DNA of 62,986 nucleotides, the filler included, from Reticulomyxa filosa (lineage: Eukaryota > Protista > Foraminifera), in NCBI GenBank assembly GCA_000512085.1. It is 28 parts of 28 records of this genome, joined end to end, with 100 filler letters (N's around TTAATTAATTAA, not from the genome) between each part and the next. Parts side by side here need not be neighbours in the genome. Positions count along the whole stretch, not along the records: positions 12,584 to 14,215 come from ASPP01024270.1; positions 14,316 to 16,237 come from ASPP01013358.1; positions 16,338 to 17,653 come from ASPP01028183.1; positions 17,754 to 19,476 come from ASPP01022002.1; positions 19,577 to 23,360 come from ASPP01019660.1; positions 23,461 to 25,191 come from ASPP01006667.1; 22 more parts are not named here. One strand, given 5' to 3'. Below, one piece after another: positions 12,679-25,044 of the stretch. The translations under genes were made by a program, and so were the position numbers. Numbering within the stretch: position 1 is the first letter of the stretch; each line of letters starts with the position of its first letter. The notes under the pieces were generated by a model. It made no database searches. It was given only the letters and a program-made list of their open reading frames with translations, and was not told where the DNA came from.

Positions 12679-14215
12679 TTGTTGCAAGTTCTTCAAGCAT
12701 TTCGGACATCTCAAACAATGCTTGATGATGGTTTTGATCGCGTCTTTGTTATTGCAATCGACTGTGATGTTCAAATAGTTGACAACGAAGCGAAAGGCAT
12801 CTTCGAGCGAGTCTCGTGGTCCGATCAATATGAATCGAGGACAATCACTACGTTGGGTGATTCGCTTGTTCCGAGTCACTGTATCATCCCATCTCATTAT
12901 ATAAACAAATCAATATATAAACATATATTAAATAAATATATAAATAAATATATGTAATTAATAACCAATAATTCGTCCATCTTTTTTCGCGATATCAAAC
13001 AAGCGTTGTTGTGAGACAGGATTCATTTCCTCCTGAAAGAACTCGACATCGACTTCGAGCAAAGCGAGCATATGCGTCCACAGCGCAGTAGATCCCGATC
13101 GACGATGATGCGTATGTTTTTTCCCGGCGTGCCTTCCAGCGCAGACGACTGCGCGGATTCATTCGTGTTTGAGACCGAGACGTCATTGTTGTTCCCAGTC
13201 ACGTCTTCTTCGATCGATGTTTTTGCGGTCAAGTCTGCAGGTTCGTTTAACTCCATTATGTCGTTCTCGGTGACTACTTTTCCAATCACTCTTTTATAAT
13301 GATGCACGTATACGTGTAACATTATTGCAATTTATATAATTTGATGATTGAGCAAAATTTTTTTTTTTTTTTAAAAAAAAGGGGGAGGGGGGGGGGGGGG
13401 CAAAAAAAAAAAAAAAAAATAACAACTTGGATGGGTGGTCGCAATGTGAGGGAGAGTAGTTGGAACAATACGTAGCAGGCAAGGTGTCAATGTGTCCATG
13501 TACAGTTAGCTTGTAAACGGAGGAGGAAGGAGTGGAGTTTAAGTCTCCGGCCAACACGACCGGACATGTTGCGGATGTGACGTCACGCCATTTGTCGATA
13601 ATGTGTTGGACTGACCCGCAAGAACGACGCCTGTTGCCACAGCTTGACCAAAGGGTCTTCGGGCTGCCAATGCAAATGGGTGTTGGCCACACATAAGTAT
13701 CGCTTCGATTGTCGATGTCTCAACAACACTGTCATCCCGATGTTGTGTCTTTCGAACCGAAACCGATCTGTGGGATTGGAACACTGCATTATCAAGTCGT
13801 TATACGTCACACTATAAATTGGTGATACTTGTTCGAACACTTCATTTCGCCAAGCTATCAAACATTCCTTTTTTTTTTTTTTTTTAAAATTATCATTTCA
13901 AAAAAAAAGAATGTATATGCGCGTGTGGAAATAGACACTTGCCATCTTTTTTATGGCCTGGTCGTCTCACAAATCCCATGTCATAGTGCTGTGATGCAAA
14001 GTAATGGTGAAAGTCCTTCTCGTGATCCACCTCCTGCAAACATACAATGTCGCTGCTCATCTCGTTCAGTTGGCACAACAGGCGCGGCTTTCTGTTGCTC
14101 CATTTCAAATCTTCTTTGTCACAGTATTGAAACCTCTCTACGCGTGCGTACACGCCTGCTAAGATGTTGTAGCTGCATATTGATATTTCGTTCTCGCTTG
14201 TCGCCTCTTTTGTCG
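12679..14215 (-). CDS. Angel/CCR4/nocturin-family EEP protein with a Mut7-C (PIN-fold) RNase domain; multi-exon, partial at both ends, small indels
   Basis: EEP motifs ICSYNILA, DIVCLQEVD, VANTHLHW and VLAGDLNSTP. These are followed by RIIVDRDLLRCGR-MLALLEVDV...IAKKDGRII|VTRNKRI...AFRFVVNYLNI...LRCPKCLKNL, which matches the Mut7-C pattern. Confidence 0.8.
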
Positions 14216-14317
14216 NNNNNNNNNNNNNNNNNNNNNNNNNNNNNNNNNNNNNNNNNNNNTTAATTAATTAANNNNNNNNNNNNNNNNNNNNNNNNNNNNN
14301 NNNNNNNNNNNNNNNAC

Positions 14318-15974
<1,657 letters not shown>

Positions 15975-15996
15975 GTCGCTGCCGATCCTGAAAATC

Positions 15997-16032
15997 GAAA
16001 GGGCCCTCCGGTGCGAACCGGGGGGCCTTTTC
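15997..16032 (+). terminator. Rho-independent terminator after rpoC
   Basis: GAAAGGGCCCTCCGGT-GCGA-ACCGGGGGGCCTTTTC: long GC-rich stem, GNRA loop and T tract, ~22 nt after the stop. Confidence 0.85.
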
Positions 16033-16099
16033 ACATTGTCACGCGCGGGCAGAGCCGCCATGGTTGACCGTAGGTCGCCAAGGTAGGAAGATCGGTCGG

Positions 16100-16237
16100 A
16101 TGGCAGTTCAGGCGCTGGGTCTTTGCCGCTTTTCCTACCTGGGCGAAGGCGGTTACCAGACCGCCCAGGACACTTTGGAAGACCGCCGTCGCCACCTTTA
16201 TGACGAACGCAACCTTGCCCGGCGCTTTCGATGGTTC
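16100..16237 (+). CDS. Putative rhamnosyl/glycosyl transferase (Rhodobacteraceae type), N-terminus only
   Basis: MAVQALGLCRFSYLGEGGYQ...LEDRRRHLYDERNLARRFRWF matches the GLCRFSY...GGF/YQ N-terminus I recall for this family; purine-rich AGGAAG upstream. Confidence 0.7.
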
Positions 16238-17974
16238 NNNNNNNNNNNNNNNNNNNNNNNNNNNNNNNNNNNNNNNNNNNNTTAATTAATTAANNNNNNN
16301 NNNNNNNNNNNNNNNNNNNNNNNNNNNNNNNNNNNNNAAAAAAAATTAAAAGAAATTATAATTGAAGCAAAAGATAAACAAAATTTGAGGCAAGTGTCAA
16401 TACTTGCAATCGAATATGCCACAAATTTGGCATTATTTGACTTCACTTCACCTTCCGCAACCACTACTTTCCAATGTTTGGTGGACATATGTTGTATTCT
16501 TTGAGACCTATGTTATATACGTGTATTCATCATACATGTTTTAAGTATTTTCCAATTACATTATAAAAAAATATTTTGACTTGGAATACAGGTTGCGCGG
16601 CTCACCCCTTTCAATCAATCATAAGTACATTATACAGATACAAACCTTTCATTTTTTTTTTTCCAAATTATACTTTATGCAAAGCACAATATCATGATCC
16701 ATAATCGATTCACGCTGCTGCCATTACCAACAGCAATATTAACAGCAACAGCTTGTCCACTTTCATTTGCACACCTTCAAATATCTACTCAAACATTTGA
16801 AGCAATACACAACACATACGTATAAATAAATATTAAATATACGTTACATATTAAATATGTACACATAAAAAAAACTTTTTCAATGAATGGACTCAATCAC
16901 GAATTATAGCATCAGATAGCAGGAAAGAGACAGGCGCACAAATGACCAAATACCTTGAGCTCTTGTGTTGGAATGCGCGCGTTAATTTCAATGATGATGC
17001 ATCCATCAAATATTCCATTATTTGGAACAATTGATCTGTGACCTAGGAGAAGCTATTATCATTGAAAGGTTCTTTCCCAAGCTACCATTTTTTGAGTGAC
17101 AGTCTTGTAAATGGCAGACCCTTCCACTTTTCGATTCAAGTGATTCGGTTTTTGGTAATCGAAAAATTCGTTCGTATCCACAGCGCCAATTTCTTTAAGA
17201 GATGAGAGATGATAGATGAGCTCGACTGCTGATAACGTACACAATAACGTATCAAAAACACATCTTTTTTTAAAGACCTGATCTTTATCAAAAAAATACA
17301 ATTAAAAAAAAAAAAAAGGACTCTCACATAGAATTCTCAACAGTGAAAAGAAGTAAACTTAATGAACAGAAAGATATGGTACTACAATTGCAACCAGTGA
17401 CGGATACTCTACAGCGACGGTGTTATTTTTTTTAACATACGTGCATGTTGAATCGCATATTGATTTTTGACAGCTTAATTTTTTGCAGATATGATCAAAT
17501 ACATGGGGAGACGACAGGTTCGGCATTCATTGAACGAATTCAACATCACCATCAATGATAACAACTAGTTTACCGCCATTGCTTGTTATAAGGGAAACAA
17601 TTGTCAAACGACAACAACAGCGGAGAATTATTCTTGAAATGGGCGCCTGTGTTNNNNNNNNNNNNNNNNNNNNNNNNNNNNNNNNNNNNNNNNNNNNTTA
17701 ATTAATTAANNNNNNNNNNNNNNNNNNNNNNNNNNNNNNNNNNNNNNNNNNNNTAGTGCCATTTAGGTATGGCGGTTTTTTTTGCAATTTACTGTAAAAG
17801 ATTCAAATAATGAAAAAATATATAAATGAAACATACAAATTTTTCCATTACTCAATGATACAAGGAAAGTGATTAAGTTTTATTGTCAAAATGATATTTG
17901 CTTCTTTGTTGAAAACAGCACGAAAGATAAAAAAATAAAAGTACAATTCATTTTTTTGTATTTTTTTTTTGCAA

Positions 17975-18345
17975 TTAAATTCCACCATTTATAACAAACG
18001 AATTCAATCGTTAATGAATATTCAGATGTTGTACTTTGTGTAAAATTTTCACAATACCATTATTACAACAATCATCATAATGTCATTTGCTCTTCATCAA
18101 AAAACAAAACTATTCTTTTTTGGAATTTCAAATATAATAGGCAATTGCAAGCATTCAATGAACACATGTTGGATTGGTGGAATTGAATGTTCAATAGATA
18201 CTTGTGCTCTGATCATACGATAATACAATTTGTTTTTGGGATATTTGAGCAAATAAAGATGAATTATATTTGATCAAAGATGATGAAGAAAAAGATAACG
18301 GAATATTATATCTTAAATTTATTAGATTGGAAAATAGAAGCAAGA
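17975..18345 (+). pseudogene. WD40-repeat family pseudogene fragment
   Basis: Degenerate copy of the 40713-41383 family (QIQSLxE...VxCVKFSQYH...VICSSS...TIxFWNFKYN) with stops and indels. Confidence 0.7.
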
Positions 18346-18923
18346 AAAAAAAGTAAATGATTATTGTGTTAATTAATTTTTAAAAAATATAAGAATAGCA
18401 ACTGTTTTAAACATCATATCTGTGTTTATGTATCACACATTGAGACTAATGAAGTAAAGTGAGCAAATCCATCAAACTTTCAAAGAGAATTTATCGTTGC
18501 GTTGTATTTCGCTTACGCGTGTTGTTCGGATTAACGAATATTATATTGTCCAATTTTTTAAAAAAGATGATAGACGAAAAAAGCTAACATCAAATTATAA
18601 TTTGTTTTGAACTAAAAAATAATGAAAAAGAAAAATAAACTTTTCTTTTTTTATAACAAAAAATATATAACTACATTTTAAAATGTAGTGATTGAAAAAA
18701 AGATAGTTCATTTCGTTAACAATCATTGTTTATATAGGAACATGTGCTGGATTTCATTCCAACTAGTTTTTCTACAAAAAGAAACTAAGTTAGTCTAATT
18801 TATAGTAATGTTAAGCGAACTTCTATCAAACAAAAATAAAAAATTTTGTCACGGGGTCTTCACAAAAAAAGAAACTACAAAAAATTTCGGATAATCATCT
18901 GTGCACTTTGAAAAGCAAAAACT

Positions 18924-19476
18924 ATGGGTTGGTTTAAAAAGTTGTTTGGGGGTAAGCGTAAACGTACAACTGTAATTGTCCATCATGGCATTTCACCAGA
19001 GCAAGTTCAGAGAACGCAAGCAGAGCACGAAGAAAGACAAAGACAATTCCAACTTCAGCACGAAGCGCAAGAGAGACAAATGAAAGAGCTACAGCAAAAG
19101 GAATTGGAGAAATTGGATGGGGACTTGAAGACATTGGAAGAAGGGAATCAAAATTTGAGACAACAAATGAGCGACCAGTCGCAGTGGTTTACAAAGCAAT
19201 TGGACGCAACCAAAACGGAGCATCAAAGAAAGCTGGATGAGACATTGCGAAAAGAGCGAGAAAGGAGCCTGCAAGAGCTAGAAAAGGAGCGTATCGAAAG
19301 GGATAAAAAAATGCAAGAATTGCAATCCAAGCAGGAGAAAATACAAAAGCAGCACATTGAAGAGATGAAAACCATGGAAAAGTCGCAGTTACTGGACCGT
19401 TACGATCAGCTCAAATCGCACTATGTACAATTGAAAAAGCCTTACACTGAGTATTATGACATTTGGGTTGTATTGC
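18924..19476 (+). CDS. Coiled-coil protein, 5' part
   Basis: ATG-initiated frame, open to the contig end; MGWFKKLFGG N-terminus followed by ~150 aa of E/Q/K/R-rich heptads. Confidence 0.75.
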
Positions 19477-19576
19477 NNNNNNNNNNNNNNNNNNNNNNNN
19501 NNNNNNNNNNNNNNNNNNNNTTAATTAATTAANNNNNNNNNNNNNNNNNNNNNNNNNNNNNNNNNNNNNNNNNNNN

Positions 19577-19608
<32 letters not shown>

Positions 19609-19739
19609 GCATTAACAATATTGAGTAGTTGGCACCCAAACTATCTTTTGTTTTTTTTTTTTTTTTTATTGTATATATTGAGAACGAGATTGACACAAAC
19701 AAGCATTTTTCTCCCTTCCCTCCTCCTCTTCCATGTGAT

Positions 19740-20123
19740 TCACAATTTTTGAAAAAGCAAAATGGATCTTAAACAGTTGCTTGGCGAAAAATAAAGTTGC
19801 TGTCTCTGGAGCAAATGATTTTGTGCTTCATAGTAATTTTGAAGCTGATTATTATAATTCAGTAGGTATTCTCTGTTCGTCTCTTTTTCTGCGTTCTTTT
19901 CTCCATTGCCAATGTGATTGTTCAATGTACTTCTGTCACTTCCATTTTGATAGGAAGGAGAGAAAACATTCAAAATCGGATTGGGTTGCAACGTATTGTT
20001 GTTATTACTATTGTTATTGTTATTGTTATTATTATTATTATTACTGTTATTGTTGTTGTTCACACTGAAAGTATTTGAACCATAAGGCCAGTCATTTTTT
20101 GTTGAACACCATAAATATCCCAT
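19740..20123 (-). CDS. Asn-rich low-complexity hypothetical protein (probable first exon)
   Basis: ATG-initiated ORF with a poly-N tract encoded by AAT/AAC repeats. Confidence 0.4.
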   Translation of the reverse strand: MGYLWCSTKNDWPYGSNTFSVNNNNNSNNNNNNNNNNNSNNNNTLQPNPILNVFSPSYQNGSDRSTLNNHIGNGEKNAEKETNREYLLNYNNQLQNYYEAQNHLLQRQQLYFSPSNCLRSILLFQKL

Positions 20124-20419
20124 GCATGCGCCATTTTCAACAAAATAAAATTTTTATAATTTGATTAACCCCCGTTTGTCTGGTTGACCAACTTTTTACT
20201 CGTTACAAGTGCTATGGAAAAGCAAGGGAACTTGCAAATTTCTGAGTCTTAATTTGTGTGTAACCCTTTTTTAAATAATGCTTTGAAACAACACTTGAAT
20301 CTTTCTTCCTGTTTCAACTGACTTATTTTTGTGTTTACACCATTTGCAAGATAGACAAAACAGCGGTGTTATGGTTCATTTAATCGCAGTAATTGAAGAA
20401 TATTTGTGCATTTGAAATG

Positions 20420-21379
20420 CTATAACATTGGTGAAGGAGGTATACAAAAATTAAACCAAGCATTGTAGACAGCATATTGAAACAAAAAGTCTACATAAGT
20501 ATGAGTATTTCTACTGGGATCTAAAACAGAACAAATTTCAATGTAGGGAATATCAAATCGTTTGCAGATGGCAATGACAGTACCAAAGTTTTTTTTGTAT
20601 TGAGAGTGAATACATTTGGATGTATCTTTAACTCCGACGACGACGACAGAGCTTAGAACGCCATCAAGACGGCGGCCAATTCTTTTAATCGAAATGATGA
20701 GATATTCTTCAACACCATGGTCTGTGCAGACCTCAATCAAAATAAAAAAACAGTGGGCCTGCAAAACCCACTTCTCTCGCACTTCTGCAAACTCCGATGT
20801 TTCTTCGCAATCCAAGAATCCAATATCACAGGCCGTTGTATTGTTCAATTGAGTATGTCTCAGATACAGATCCTCAATTGTTTTTTTGCGTCGACCTGAT
20901 GGTAGAGGTATCTTAACTTCTGACCCAAGTCTCAATGCCGATTGATCGTATCCCAACACTGAAATTGGAATTCTTGAGTCCACGCTGAGTTATGTCCATG
21001 TTTCATCATATAACTTAAAACATATAACAAACAAACAAAACACATACTGCCAAGACTTGACCCATTGCGTGCATATTGGGAAATTATATCGAAGGGGTCC
21101 TGTATCGTCAATATTGCAAAGGCCTGGACGGATGAGGCGATAATATCGCTCATGTTCATCGTTTTCATCACCCAGCATCATTACAAACAAGTTCATCATG
21201 TCCTTCAAGTTGTAAGACACCAGCACGCTCAAAAGCAACTGTTGATGTTCAACTGTAAAGATCCAGCCTGACCAATGCAATTGATGGAAAAACTCATTCG
21301 AGATCTTTTTTTGTTTTGTTATACATTGTTGATTACAATGATGACCATTCTTTTTATTTTTTGAAGCATTATTACCCAT
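20420..21379 (-). CDS. N-myristoylated Ras-like protein with degenerate G motifs (exons 21379-21048 and 20984-20420)
   Basis: A 63-nt GT-AG intron joins the two ORFs in frame (KSWH|VDSR). MGNNAS N-terminus; Ras-like landmarks ISVLG, TIEDLY, LDCEETSEF, REKW, VVVVGVKD, IPYIEIC, VDFLF. Confidence 0.75.
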
Positions 21380-21815
21380 TCTTTTTTCGAAATCATTTTA
21401 CCCAGTCTCTGAATTGTCAACTTGCGGATAAAGTATATTATTCATCGCAAAATAATTTTACTAAAAAACCGTTTTTTAGTTTTGCAAAAATATTATGAAA
21501 TAGAAAGTGACGAAAATGCTTATACTGTAAGATATTTTGTATAAGATGAAGTCTCCATTTTACAAATTGTTGTACATACTGTACTTATCTATTTTCTTCG
21601 TTTAGACCAAAATTGATTTCATTAAGACATCTTTTTGATCATATTTTAATTAAATTTGATATTCCTCCTTACGTTAGAAATAAATTAATGCATTTTAGTC
21701 TTGAGTTTTGTGCATTAGCGTGAGTGTAAAGATTCAAACTGTCAATCATATTCGCAAATAACTTAAAAATGTTAAAAATTTCTTCCAATTAAAAAATCAA
21801 AACGTTGCGATTTTT

Positions 21816-22019
21816 TTATTGTGAGTGAACGTTTGTATTTGTTTCATCAAAATAAATGGAGTGAATAATATCTTGTTTGAACAAACAATTTCCCAAATAC
21901 ATACTTTCATTTTGTTCTGGTCCTGAATTTAACCAATGTGTATTTCGAATAACCAAGTTACCGGATGAGTCCATGCAATAAAGTAAGCCTTCAAATAATC
22001 TTCCATCTTTTGAAATCAC
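21816..22019 (-). CDS. Sm-like (LSm) protein, most like the NatC auxiliary subunit Naa38/Mak31; 5' end uncertain (in-frame TAG just upstream)
   Basis: Sm1 motif VISKDGRLFEGLLYCMDSSGNLVI and Sm2-like YLGNCLFKQDIIHSI. Confidence 0.6.
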   Translation of the reverse strand: MISKDGRLFEGLLYCMDSSGNLVIRNTHWLNSGPEQNESMYLGNCLFKQDIIHSIYFDETNTNVHSQ

Positions 22020-23460
22020 ACGACACTATTCATCACAAATCAATTCAAGTCCTAGCTATTAGTGTTGAAAAAAGTTCAAAAGAAAGTAACTGTTTTTTCC
22101 ATGTGATGCTGAAGCCAAGCTTTAAAAACGTCAGGTGGAGAATCAGCTTTTGGTATTAACAGCTATATCATCAGTAAAAAAACTGACTTCGATATTTATT
22201 TTTCTATTCGATAAATATATAAAAGTAAGACACCTTGGAATCTTTTTCATACGGGACAAGATGAGACTTTAAATCGGGACATTCAGATTGATTGTCTGTT
22301 CTGAGCAAAAATATATTTCATTGTGGTAATTCAAGAAGATTTCAAATATGTTTACCTTAGTTCATCTTCCGAGCTGGACATTATAGTAGCACCAAAAATT
22401 CGGGATCTGAGATTTCTGTTTTTGTAAGTCCCTACTGGTGTACCCTTTGACGCGTATTTTTCCAGGATATAATTAATACAAATTAAGAGCGAAAGAATGC
22501 ATATGAATTTAATAGGGTATATTGCATACTAACGCTTTGTTTTTTTTTTCAAAAATTTTTGTATTCTAAAAAATGTGTGGTCGAAAAAGTAGGAAAAAAC
22601 TCTTTTTGTTATAACGGATCAATTATCGATTTCCGCTATGACATTATGTTCATAACATTTCCAAATAGAAAATCAATTATGTGCGAATAAAAAAAATTGT
22701 ATTTTGTTCTCAATAAACAGTACAAGCATAAGAATGTTTTTGGTTTTGATTAGCATCAAAAAATTGTCGTTGAAGTGGCAATTGGACCATCAAGAGAATT
22801 TGTGATGATATGAACAACTTGGTGTCATCCAAACACACTTGATGTATTGGAATGCACATGCATGACCAAAAATAAAAAATACAAAACAGATACCAAAAAA
22901 TGAATTTTTGTACTTTGTCTAAATGGCATGACAACAGCAGTCACCATTCGCCGATTGAAAATATTATGATTCTTATTGTTTCATCAGATCTTTGACAATT
23001 GAAAATTGATTTATTTTGAACGTTGATCATTGATGATATTGTACAAATATTTTTTTATTAAAAAATAAATAAATGAAATATTGCAGGAATTTGACAATAT
23101 ATGGATCTTCTGTTCGCAATTCTTGCCAATCCAAGAAAGTTTCTTCAATGTTTTTGTGGGCTTATTGAAACAGTTTAAATATCTAAAGTTAATATTAAAT
23201 CAACTGAGACAGCAAATGCAAGACCATCAACTCTCTTTGTGACTTTGTGTTCTTTACCTAATTCACTTGTTTAAGATTAATGCATGATTCACAAACTTGA
23301 AATACTGATTTATGGAGGCTATAGAGAAGGACAGTGTTATTCATTATTATACCCTTAAATNNNNNNNNNNNNNNNNNNNNNNNNNNNNNNNNNNNNNNNN
23401 NNNNTTAATTAATTAANNNNNNNNNNNNNNNNNNNNNNNNNNNNNNNNNNNNNNNNNNNN

Positions 23461-23975
23461 CTCTCTTTGTCTTTGTCAGCTCACCTGCGTAAGCACGCGA
23501 TTGCCAGGTAAAATATCCTATTTTTTTTGATTGGTTGACATGTTGGTGTTCCTTGTGATATCTCAGAACTTGATTGGGTGACATTTTTGTCACACACAAT
23601 AAAAAAATAAAAAAAAAAGAGAGGAAAAAAGAAAATTTTAATCCTTCTTTTTTTTGTAATAAAGACACAGCTTTTTAGAACCTTGACATGGAATGACACA
23701 TTTCCATGCGCGAGACATACAGTCATTGAATGTCAGACTGGACTTTTCAAGCAAGGTCTCGATTTTTGAAAAGAACAGCCTCGACTTGAAGTTGTTCATC
23801 TCGATCCCCCAACGCATCATGTCCAGCACTCGGTCACCATTCGGCCCCAATCGGATCACCGGAACTAATTCTTCTGGGGAAATATTCGAACTCGGCACAT
23901 ACGAATTGCTGCCGGTGAATTCTTTAATGTGACATTTTTCTTCTAACTCATGGGCGGTTAGCAATAATGACAACC
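23461..23975 (-). CDS. SRAP (HMCES/YedK)-like protein, divergent, partial
   Basis: PSSNISPEELVPVI...RVLDMMRWGI...IETLLEK...KCVIPCQG|YHKE...KKIGYF follows the SRAP motif order (PxYNIAP, MRWG, ET..EK, RCxIPxxGFYEW, KxPYF). Confidence 0.6.
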
Positions 23976-24701
23976 TATTTGCAAATTCTTGATTTTTCAA
24001 ACAGAAAAAAAAAAAAAAAAACACTCGCCCCCTCCTTAAGTGCAAAAGTACAAGTTCTTGAGAACCACTTCGGAACAAAGGTCTGAGATAGTCACACAAA
24101 TGCTGTCACCTGCAAAATTTACTTTGATACATGCCTCCAGAATTTTGTTAGTTTTGCTATCTGTTGCTTAATGAAAAATTTACCTAATTGAACTTTTTGT
24201 TGTACTTTGGACCTGCGTGTCAAACGTTTTTTTTCCTCAGTGTAAGACAACGAATATTGTAGGTTTATTGGGCCTTGTATCAGGGCTAAAACTTTAGTTC
24301 GTGGGTTTTGAAAGATAATATTCAATGTTTGAAGTCGGATCATACTGTTTCTCTTTGCAAAAAATGTTAAACATCAGATCTTTGCTAACTGAAGCAAATT
24401 TTTTTTTTTAGAAACAATTTATTTAATTTGTGGTATAGTTTAAGGGACTTCGACTGTACTTAACACATTTTTCAGTATGTTTTTTGAACAGAATCGATAG
24501 CTTTTTTTTTTTTTTTCCCCCTCTTTTTATCAGCATAATCCCTTATAGTATATAAGCTTCCTTCTTTGGAAGTTAGTAAAATAGTTTAGGGAGGACATCT
24601 CTTCAATGTTATGTTAGTTGCAGTGTAGTTTGCAATTCATCACATTGGACGAAGCTTTAACGTTTAAAAAACAAGAAAGTGAAAAAAAAAAAAAATTTGC
24701 A

Positions 24702-25044
24702 ATGACACAAAAAGAGAAAAAGCGAATAAACGCGGCCAAACAAATTGGCTTATATCAATTGGGACGAACCTTGGGCGTGGGATCATTCAGTAAGGTGAAA
24801 TTGGGTGTGCATGGGCCAACAGGCAAGCGTGTGGCAATAAAGATATTGAATAAGCAGCAATTAAAAAAACTGGAAATGGAAGCAAAGATAAATCGAGAAA
24901 TCGAAATCTTGGCACAGTTGAATCATCCACACGTTATCCGTTTGTATGAAATGATAGAAACAGGATCAGACATATGTTTAGTCATGGAATACGTACCCAA
25001 AGGAGAGTTGTTTGATTACATTGTTGCCAACGGACGATTGAACG
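24702..25044 (+). CDS. SNF1: SNF1/AMPK-alpha family Ser/Thr kinase, first exon
   Basis: YQLGRTLGVGSFSKVKLGVH, VAIKILNK, KINREIEIL, HPHVIRLYE, GELFDYIV..GRL; GT donor at 25045. Confidence 0.85.
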
